Assembly (NCBI GenBank): GCA_002633005.1
Contig: NMRA01000229.1
Coordinates: forward strand, 332,698-393,622
Source: Phoronis australis
Taxonomy: Eukaryota > Animalia > Phoronida
Reading direction: 5' to 3'
DNA length: 60,925 nucleotides
A program made the translations under genes and the position numbers. Numbering within the stretch: position 1 is the stretch's first letter; every line of letters starts with the position of its first letter. Under the pieces are notes generated by a model. It was not told the DNA's origin and searched no databases. It was given only the letters and a program-made list of their open reading frames with translations. Shown here one piece after another: positions 12,944 to 22,933 of the stretch.

Positions 12944-15900
12944 CTGAAATGAAATGTGTCACTTGTAAATGCACGTCCTGTAGCACAGCGAAAACTGTAC
13001 CCAAATACTATAGCTGCGACAATAGATTTCACAGCTAGTTGAAAAACTTCCTAACAAAAACTGTAACACATATCAACACGAGCCATTTTATTTAGAACTA
13101 AACGTTTACCTAAGGCGATGCAAAATTGTTCTTGAACTGTAGCACTGTACAATGTCTTTAAAGGACCATGCCACCCAAAAAACAACCTAATTTGTATCAA
13201 TTTAGATCGAGTAGTTCTACTCCATGATAACGACAAGTGCGGTTGCGTTACCTGACACCTGACGGCAGACGGAGGTGTTGAAATTATCCTATTATGTCAT
13301 CGGTTTCACACGCATTCTGTTCAGCAGTTCACAACACGGGTTACTGGTGTCAGCTTATCGCTTGGAATCATCGTTTAGCACCAATAAATCATCAAGCTTC
13401 GATGTAAAACTCTTAAAAATACACCGAGTTCTTACAAAAACGTGTTGTTTTATTTCGCTCTTACGGATTTATTGGTATTTGGACACACCGTAGCCTACAA
13501 AGTTCGGCTGGCCAATAAAGTCCGTAGCAGGAGTTTGGGGGTGTGTTCGGAGATAATTTCGAAGGAGAACTTACATCTGTGTTGTTTAGACTTGTGATTT
13601 TCTGAGTTCTAAACACAAAACGCTTGTTATCCGGGCCAGTGGCTCGGAGCCCAAGCCCGTCGCGGCGCCGGCCGGATTGACTCGTTATCCCGGCCACTGG
13701 CTCGGAAACTGATCAGACATCACAAACAAACCAGCCAAAGTTCAGTAGAAACTAAACTTCCAGTCAAGAAAATACTATACTAGTGAGCCAAAGTAATGTA
13801 CACGTGATTATATTAGTGAATTAGCCACGAAACTGCAAATCTACTTACTCGTCGGGGGCCGCGAATTCAGTTCCGCTTTGGCCACAGCACCGTCAGAGCA
13901 GAAGTTGTACATTGACAATCATTATTTGAGTAATATAAATGTAAATAAAGATTCCCCTAACACCTGGTCATGGGGTGGAAATCGAGTTGTTTCACAACAG
14001 TTTCTGCCAGCAAACACTAAATTAGGATGAGCTCACACGGCCTCGCGGTGTCCCGTTAATTACTTTTATTGTGCCAAAAGCCGGTAACGCAGTGATTTAT
14101 TCAATGCTGGCTTCTAAAATCATTTCGTGCCCTCACGAACACTCCAAAGGCATTACAAATTGCATCTAATGAGGCGGATTTTGTTTCAGTTTTATTTACG
14201 TATTGGTTAGGGTGAGAATAACTCATTTTGAAACAGAATGCTCAGTAATAAACGCCAACATGGCAACTCGCAATCCCGACTTAGGACGAGCTAGAGCGGC
14301 TCATTAATACCAACTTCGCAGGCGGATCGTTAAGTTTTACAGGCTATCAATTCGAACAGAAATACAGTGATGAAGAAATACTAGAGAGGTGCCGTGAACA
14401 AGCTCAGACAACGGAACGTATGGAGTTATTTGGTAAGCCGGCATTTGTGAGGCACTGTCGACGTCGTCTGCAGGCCACAGACACGGAGGTGTTTCACGGC
14501 CTCATACTTGCTATTTACAGCGTACATTTCATTCTTCACTACCATGAGCCACTTCCTAAGCATTTTGGACTCTCGAGGAAGTAAAAAAAAACGATATACT
14601 CGCTTTCCTCGCGGCTTCTTAGTTCGGACAAGCGGGAACGATACACCGAAACATAGCGGCATTCACTCTGCATATGAACCACTGACGTCGCTAGCGTCGT
14701 TTCTCACCGTCCTCACAGGTTAACGCGACACCTCTTGGCAAGGTAAGGTCGACCGTATGCGAGGCGATGTGGAAATAGACCGATTAAGACGGCAAAAAGG
14801 ACTAATTAAATCGGGTGGCATTCGCCTTTAATGTGCATGATAAGCGCTCATTTTATAAGCCCGTACGCCTGTTTGTGAAGCTCCGCCTATTGATGCATCC
14901 GCATTGAAGCACACTTTCCAATACACAAAAGGTTTGAATAGAATACATGTAACTTTGAGCATGTCAACGAGGGTTGATGATGATATGTTTACAAATACTG
15001 CCAAGAAATATACCGACTACTGATAAGCCCAAAATGACACCCATGAGCAGCAATCCCGCGATCATAACCAACAAAAAACTGATTTTATTCATCGCGTGGC
15101 TTAATGTGACTCACAAAATCAAAACAACCGACACTCTTCATTGACCTTTTTACGAAAACCGAAGATCGATGCGTAAGCATCTTTTGAGCGCGCATCAGTT
15201 ATTTGTTATCAAGCGGTGGTTTCACCGTTACACGCCTTTTTAGATCAATCTGCAATTTATGGCCTTGTAAGGACAATCTTTAGAATGATGGAACATCTGG
15301 CGAGGTAGAATTGAATACGAAACATCTAGAATGGGCGTTCAAGACGTGCGAAGTTTTTGTTAATTTATTTGATAGAGTACTGATGCCGCTTGACTGCCGA
15401 TAGCAGAGGACACTCACGGGCAGCGCAGCACTGCAAAAAGTGGGTCGCTGTAGCATCCTGTGGTGCACCGCCGATAGACCATGGGCAGGGCAGTACTGAA
15501 AAAAGTGGGGCTATAGCCCCCACCCGGCAGTCCACTATGGTGCGCCGCCCGTGACTTACTGTGGGTATTGTTTTTGTCTGAAATCTGGTGTGTAGGAATT
15601 CAAGTAAATCGACTGATAATTCATAGAAGTTCAAGGAGTTCAGATTGCACTGTACATAATCTTTTGATGGTTTGGGGGGTTAATAGGGGTCCTCCGCTGT
15701 TCTTGCATGGTGATGGAGCTTAAATTTTTACTCTCAGTTGGCGACACAACTGTATACAAATGACACTGGGGTAGTCGATACCCAACAGCTCTTTACTTAT
15801 GTCGAACGTTGGGAGACAATTTGGAGGATGGATTTCAATCCCTGGATGTGGAGCATCATCAATATTACAGGTAATAACATCAATGACACCTATGATATTT

Positions 15901-18900
15901 GTGACGCTAGGTATCTTGGGGTCTTCCTTATATCAAAAACGTCTTGGTCAATTCATATCAACAACGTAATGAAAACGCTAAATGAACCGTTTCATGATCT
16001 CGTACATGGAATGTTCCGTCATCGAGATGGCACGGTATAACATAGCCTACTTTTCCCTCTCTATAAATACAACAAACAAACCACCCACAGGTTTGAGCAT
16101 TGTGGTCTAAGAGGTTGTAATCCCTACAGTGTAGGTTGTGCTGTAATGAATTCTAGTTCAAGTCAAATCAGGCGCCGTCAGTCTGCAACTGAGCCCATCT
16201 TAGCACAGGGCGATGAAGTCAAGGAGATCTGAGAGGTGAACCTTGAGTAGGAACCCGTCCGTGACGCCGTCTTCTTGTTTTTCTATGTTCTCTTTAAGCT
16301 GATTGACAACGAGTGTGTGGAAATAAAGAAAGGCATCATAATGATTTTCGAATTGACCTGGAAAATTGCACGAGTCGACAATAAACTTCATACTATTTAT
16401 GATCGCGGAAATCGGTGTCAGGTCGTGTCCCTTCAAAAACATTTGACACGACAGATATGATGTGATGCTCTTAAAAGTATAAATAGGTAAATATATATTA
16501 CAACTTGATAAATTGGTGGATGTCCTTTCCGTGATTTTCAAATTAAGCGTGTTTTTGCACACGTTACACTTGCAAGAGAAACCAACCCTCCCAAATACTT
16601 GGCTACATCTGTCAGTTCATTTTTGTAATGCACGGTGGTCATGTGAATTGTGGGTCCCTCTTCAGACATGATGGATTCAGTGTATGCAAAATGTGCACGT
16701 TATCATTGCAGTAGATGCTATTTGAGCAAATGCGCGGCTCATGAAAAGTATTAGGCAGGGCGATGCCGCGTTTTGATTACACCCTTAAAGCGAAATTATC
16801 GGCAAGGAAAGTGAATTCGAACCCGGAACCTTTTTGCGGTCCGACTCGGCCCATCGCTTACGAGCTAAGTCGCTCTCAAGGGAATTTTGAGCATTTTTAA
16901 CTGGGAAAGTCACTACCTCTATTTCATCGAATGTCTGGAAGACATCGGTGGGAAATAGCGATTTGTAATGAAATCAACATGGCAGAAATTATCGGTTCAT
17001 AGCGCTGTTTAAAGCTTACCTCAAGAAGTTTATCACATCTATCAAAATTAATAGTCCCAAAAATATATTTTCGAAAGACGACGATGTCCTGCCTTTAAAA
17101 TTCTCATAAATATGTTTAACAAAGTTAAAAAGATGAGAACAAAAAGTAAGCATTTCTCAAAATTAAACGAAAAAATTAAACTTCTTTTTCGGTTCAAGTT
17201 CGTCATGCCTTGCGATCGTGCCTGGCGCATAAAATGACACGCCGTGACAAATTAACTTGTGAAGTCCTGAGATCTAAATCAAGTTTAACTTTTCTGAAGG
17301 AATTCGGGTTTGTTGCTGTCCCAAATGCTGGTTACATGTACATGTACGTTACCTATCTGTAAGCTTACCCGCAACACACATTTCCTCCAGGCACTACGTA
17401 ATGGTGATTGCTACTGTCCCCTATGTCGTAGTCAACCTCAATCCTCACGCCGGGATAAGGGAGTCGTTTCTTCAACACGTTACAGACGCGCTGTCCTGAG
17501 TTACTATTCACAGTAGTGCTACCAAAAAATGACGCTTGCAGCGCTTTTCTACTGTCGGATTCGCAAAGAGTGGTGTGTTTAATGGCGCAATGGTAGTGCG
17601 GCCGGATGTTGGGATCCGTCAACGGGATTCCGATTGCTTTCTGGTTGTTATTCTGTCTGTACATCAGACGCAGGTGGCGACATCTGAAAACAGGATGAAC
17701 AGTATTAACTTTAACAAATGAAGTGTCTAACAGCGAATAATAAGGTATTATAAAAATGTCAAGAAATGCACACTCCTAAAAAGACTATGAATATTTAAGT
17801 AACCTCTCGCACCTATCCTCTTTCACCCAAGTCAACAAAATGTGCGTTTTAAGGAGATGGAGTGTCATGGTTGTAACGTCATCAAAATGAAAAAGAAAAA
17901 AAAAACGAAACACTAATTATGTGTTTTACTAATTTGTTGGTTATGAAGGCTCATCTTGTCACAGCGGCTCAGATTGTCATAACTTCGCGGCTACCTGCGT
18001 CAGCCGAGTTACTACCCAAATCAATATGCCATGTCAATTTTTGTGTGGCACTTTGAGTTTGCAGAATAACACTGAAGGCCTTGACAACAATTCGCAGTAC
18101 CAGCAGCTGTGTCATTGAAATATTGGGTACTACCCTGTATATTTCACTAAAATTGAACACTTACACACCAGAAAATCAGGTCGCAAGAATGTTTTGATAA
18201 TGAAGAACAACAGCGGGCAACTGGGCAACTGCGTACATGGAAATTTTCTTTTTCAGATGACATTGCATTCTTGATGTTAATCTGAAGACTTCATAGAGGA
18301 TGAGTTTGACAAATCATGTGTTCAATACTATATCCGTACCGTAATTATGTGTTTGTTTAACTCCTGTTTTAATGAAGCGTTTGTTTTAATTTCATTTTTG
18401 CTCTGTAAATGGCCCTTCGGGCTTGTTCCGTGTTAAACATAGGCCTACGACTTGCGTTTCCAGCTGCCAGAATATGTAGAGACGATAGTACATTTGTATA
18501 TCCCTTAACACGTGAACACTTACCACGAAGACTAAGCACCCCGCTAACATGTACAGTACCACAGAAATGGAACACTTGCCATGCTCCTCATTAACTCTTC
18601 CCACCTAATTTTTGAGAGAGCAGTAACATTGTGATGCGTGCTGAATGTGTCGTTGTAAATAGGTCTAAGGGTCCGTGTGTCATCCCGTATGCACGCAACA
18701 GAATGCCTTAAAGTGGCACTGTTATTCCACGACGAAATATTAAGCAATGGGTAATAGAGACCACTTCTGAAAACCAGAACAGCACTAGTGTCTTCAACCA
18801 GTTTTTCTGACGAAATGATCACAAGGTGAATAACATACATGTATATACATGTAACACGTTAGTTACCTGAGCATTATTTGTTTAAAAATGTTGCTATATT

Positions 18901-20046
18901 CTATCGAGTCGTTAAACGCACGGTTTCTTGCAGTATGCGATTGCTCAATTTGAGGAGTACTTTCAACTTACTTTCTGTAACAGCATATTATACCGGGAGC
19001 CACTATTTGTTGATATCTCAAGCCCTTGCAGTGACTGACAACGGTTCCGGCGTAAACCCCAACACCTTGACTTGTGGGTCCGTGAAGAGTGCAAACCTTG
19101 TCTTTCCCCGCGTCGGAGGATTCCGGGTGGCCAAGATGATGTTGTACCTGACGTAGGCAATCACCAGGGCAACGCTTTTTCACATATCTGCACGTAGCTC
19201 GCCAACCACCGTGGGAGGTGTCGGGTGCGTCGCCAGTCTTGCCACCGATTTTCCACGAACAAAAACAGCTGGCGAGGAAAGTTCACTTCAGAATTACAAA
19301 ATTGCAAATGTAAAGGGAAAGTACATGTATTAGTTGGCACAACTACATAAAGAAAGAAAGACACGAATGTTCTGCAAATAGAAAATAGTGGTTAAAATGG
19401 AATAAATATTGGGAAACTTCAGAATCACGCGTTCTCTAAAAATGTGTTGCTACATGTGGCACAAAGGCGTGCTTGAAGAAAACATTTTCTAAGCTTTTAG
19501 ATTATTTGTTGCACACAGTGCAAGGCTTGCCTACGGTTGAGGAATTATTGAACATAAGTGACAACAGAAATGAAAAGTATACCAACCGACTTTTCAGCAG
19601 GTAACGAAGAAGCGTCAGAGAAAGACGACAGGGTCATGGTCATTTTTACACTGAGAGAATTATGGAAAGTGTATCGATGACAAATTAGGGGTACGTTATC
19701 TAGTCTCTTCGGTTGTTTTCATTAAATTGTGAACAAGAGTGTCCCAAAATACATCCAGATATTCCACAAATCTCAAACAGTACAAACGTTAACTGCAATA
19801 AGAATTCAGCAATTCCGTGCACTCGACAAACGCGCGTGCACTATGAAATTTTAAATCGCCCTAACAGATTTGCGCGGTTTTATCAAAACGTGTTAAAATG
19901 CTGCGTATGAACATTTTGACGTGGCAACTGTCAATGGCCAAAGAAGGCAGATCTGATAAAATATATAAAGTGAAAGATTACACTCACGTCCTCGCACCTA
20001 GTGAGCTTGGCAGAACGAACAAGAGGAATGCTATATTAAAAAACAT
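12565..20046 (-). CDS. Gene B (complete): secreted protein with three tandem ~100-aa Cys-rich modules, 349 aa; join(complement 19988..20046, 18972..19268, 17369..17683, 12565..12943)
   Basis: Four exons with canonical GT/AG sites, all introns phase 2; 59+297+315+379=1050 nt, open to TAA. N-terminus MFFNIAFLLFVLPSSLGART is signal-peptide-like. Exon-for-exon paralogue of gene A. Confidence 0.9.
13162..14827 (-). mobile_element. Non-autonomous TTAA-targeting DNA transposon (Kolobok-type) with a decayed THAP domain, in intron 3 of gene B
   Basis: TTAA on both flanks; imperfect TIR AGGACCATGCCACCC / AGGCGAATGCCACCC; THAP-like remnant at 14426..14662 (LPRESKMLRKW...HLRVC); full-length inverted homologue at 57121..58825. 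Confidence 0.8.
15738..15980 (+). mobile_element. Decayed LINE (CR1/L2-group) reverse-transcriptase fragment
   Basis: TQLYT...VERWETIWRMDFNP...RYLGVFLISKTSWSIHINNV follows the RT pattern W...W.M.FNP...KYLGV...LSW..HI. Confidence 0.7.
17369..17683 (-). CDS. Gene B exon 3, Cys-rich module 2 (CRHLRLMYRQ...PGGNVCCG)
   Basis: Acceptor CCTGTTTTCAG, donor GG|GTAAGC; 315 nt; ~74% aa identity to 5789..6103. Confidence 0.92.
18972..19268 (-). CDS. Gene B exon 2, Cys-rich module 1 (CFCSWKIGGKTG...APGIICCYRK)
   Basis: Acceptor TTTCCTCGCCAG, donor AA|GTAAGT; 297 nt; ~70% aa identity to 6596..6898. Confidence 0.92.
19988..20046 (-). CDS. Gene B exon 1 (signal peptide MFFNIAFLLFVLPSSLGAR)
   Basis: ATG in the context TTTGTGAACAATG (gene A: TTTGTGAAAGATG); donor AC|GTGAGT, phase 2, matching the next exon. 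Confidence 0.85.
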
Positions 20047-20118
20047 TGTTCACAAACAATTCGTCTGGTCCGCCAACTACCGAAATCCAAATGTGTTAAC
20101 ATTCTGCGCCTCTATGTT

Positions 20119-20125
20119 TTTTATA
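20119..20125 (-). promoter_or_regulatory. Candidate TATA box of gene B
   Basis: TATAAAA on the minus strand ~75 bp upstream of the gene B ATG. Confidence 0.45.
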
Positions 20126-20919
20126 GTCACTGCTGTGCATTCATCGGTAAAGTTTACCGCCAGACAGAACGTGGACGGGCTTTCGCTGGTATTACAGCGC
20201 CGTGAAACAGCTGGGTAATCCAGGTACAGTATGTCACGTGAAATAATGGATTGGAGGCAGTTAATTTATTATTTGAATTTGATTTGTTGCGGTTACACTG
20301 CAGTCACGACAACTGGGGATAATGACCACAGTGGAATGCCGGTGTGCCCGATTCTACACTATACATGTACATTTAGTGTCTTGACACGCCGTAAAATGTA
20401 ACAATTTCGTAACATGTAAGAACTGTTACATTTCATGTCATTGTAAATTTTTACGTTGCTACGCCTCTCCTAAAATGAAACAAGTTACAATTTTCGTATA
20501 ATGCACATACATGTAAATGTACAACAAATGTACCATTGTTAAGTTTTACGAAAGCGGTGTCATATTTCATGAGTTTGCAGGGTATTTGTCACAAGAGGAA
20601 AAACGGTCCGCACACTTAACAGCTTTCTTCTCGGATTAATTGAATGAAATTCTGTCAAATGTGCCATCTCGAATTCATAGATGTGTCCACATGTGCTATC
20701 CATTGTTTTTAAAATGAATATTTTTGGTATAGTCAAATATGTACCCCGTACAGTGTCAACTCCTGACAAAAGAAGTTTCCAGGATCGCGGAATCGGAGGG
20801 AGGGTGTCCAGTTTCATACTGGCTTTGGAGACAGCAGACCGGCTCCCGTCGCGTGCAGTATATACGGGCCTGTTGCCGCAAAAATTAATGATGTGTTTAA
20901 AAACTAAACTCTTCCTTAA

Positions 20920-21252
20920 GGTAGGTGTCTACACTGATCAAATCTCCAGGTTCCTAACTAAATTGAGTAAAAAGGGAGTTTTAACTAGTTAGACATGACT
21001 CTGAAAGTGACAAAAATCGAAAAAAAATGTTCTTTTTGTAGTTCGTTTTTTTAAAAAAATCGTATTTTTTAATTTTCAACAAATCCAATTTTACCTCGAA
21101 TTATTTTTCAAAATGCACAGGAATCATCATCAACTATTTCCTTACACAATATTCTACTTATCCATACCAAATATATGTACAAAATCATTATGATCTTGAT
21201 TCTGTGGCATTTTTTGTGTGTGAGTTGGGGCAAGCACGCCACTTTTTGTCAT
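20920..21252. mobile_element. End of a TTAA-inserting element (GG terminus, Kolobok-like), present in one haplotype copy only
   Basis: The two copies are colinear up to CCTTAA (20919 / 22074); copy 1 then continues GGTAGGTGTCTACAC... to the N gap. Confidence 0.55.
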
Positions 21253-22933
21253 NTTTTATAGTCACTGCTGTGCATTCATCGGTAAAGTTTACCGTCAGAC
21301 AGAACGTGGACGGGCTTTCGCTGGTATTACAGCGCCGTGAAACAGCTGGGTAATCCAGGTACAGTATGTCACGTGAAATAATGGATTGGAGGCAGTTAAT
21401 TTATTATTTGAATTTGATTTGTTGCGGTTACACTGCAGTCACGACAACTGGGGATAATGACCACAGTGGAATGCCGGTGTGCCCGATTCTACACTATACA
21501 TGTAGTGCCTTGACACGCCGTAAAATGTAACATTTTCGTAACATGTAAGAACTGTTATACATTTCATGTCATTGTAAATTTTTACGCTGCTACGCCGGCC
21601 TCTCCTAAAATGAAACAAGTTGTTTCATTTCATATACAATTGTTACAATTTTCGAATAATGCACATACATGTAAATGTACAACAAATGTACCATTGTTAC
21701 ATTTTACGAAAGCGGTGTCATATTTCATGAGTTTGCAGGGTATTTGTCACAAGAGGAAAAACGGTCCGCACACTTAACAGCTTTCCTCTCGGATTGTTTG
21801 AATGAAATTCTGTCAAATGTGCCATCTCGCATTTATAGATGTGTCCACATGTGCTTTCCATTGTTTTTAAAATGAATATTTTTGGTATAGTCAAATCAAT
21901 ATACCCCGTACAGTGTCAACTCCTGACAAAAGAAGTTTCCAGGATCGCGGAATCGGAGGGAGGGTGTCCAGTTTCATACTGGCTTTGGAGACAGCAGACC
22001 GGCTCCCGTCGCGTATATACGGGCCTGTTGCCGCAAAAATTAATGATGTCTTTAAAAACTAAACTCTTCCTTAAGTAAACTCAATTATTTAGGCCTACCG
22101 ATGTTGGGAACATTAGCGTTCTACCGTGATTTTGCTGCTAAAATTGAGGCTCACTCTAGTGTTCACCTGAAGGTGGAGCTATTTCCGTCGGCATTTCCCC
22201 GGCATATACAGTACTGCATGTAGCTGCTATCCTGGTAATTGTTGTATAACGTTCGTGATGATAAGTGTGACTTATTACATCGAAGTATGTGAAGTGCAAG
22301 CCGAGGGCGAAACATCATGCATATCAAGTGAACTATTTTTAAGAAGCGCAATTATGCGAATCTTTAGATTGTTGATCTATAAGCATCTGTTTATACATGT
22401 ACAATGTTTGTCGTTACGGAATGAGCGGAGAAATTTGCTCCCATAACGTTTGCTTATTCGATGTAAAATAGCACCGTTTATAAACGAATCAGATGAAATA
22501 ACGACTTAACAGACAGTCTTCTGCTACTTGCACTGCCTGACCAGCGTTAGTCTGAGCAGACGATCAGAACAAGACGATTTCAGAGTTGGGTGTAGTAATA
22601 TGTTTACCATAGAAACGACTTATCAATCACTAGTTTGGCAAACGAGGTTGCTATATTGTTTAGGTTGCGTGTTTACATGTACATGTACGTACGTTATAAA
22701 CACTGTTTTCACCTTACACGTTTTTTTTAATTAAAAGTTTACTAAGTATTTGACGAATATGTTAATGATTTGCTCTATGTATTTTGTTCAGCTGTCATTT
22801 GTAAGGTGATTATCAATTATTGGTGACACTAACACCAGTACAGAATTGTGAGCTGTGAGTGGTACTATATAAAGATGAGTTTAAACAACTACCGTAATTC
22901 TAATGGATTTATTTCGCCAAATACCGTAATACT

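Larger units (their letters stand above)
20119..22074 (+). repeat. ~0.8-kb near-identical duplication across the N at 21253 (probably two alleles)
   Basis: 20119..20919 versus 21254..22074. Confidence 0.9.

Noticed and set aside
18369-18840. Overlapping minus-strand ORFs with a TM-like stretch, faintly like an LRR-receptor stalk
   Set aside because: Needs a frameshift, lacks diagnostic motifs, is intronic and is absent from the paralogue.
22163-22351. Minus-strand ORF ending at a possible phase-2 donor, candidate first exon of gene B
   Set aside because: Not signal-peptide-like; 19988..20046 matches gene A exon 1 far better.
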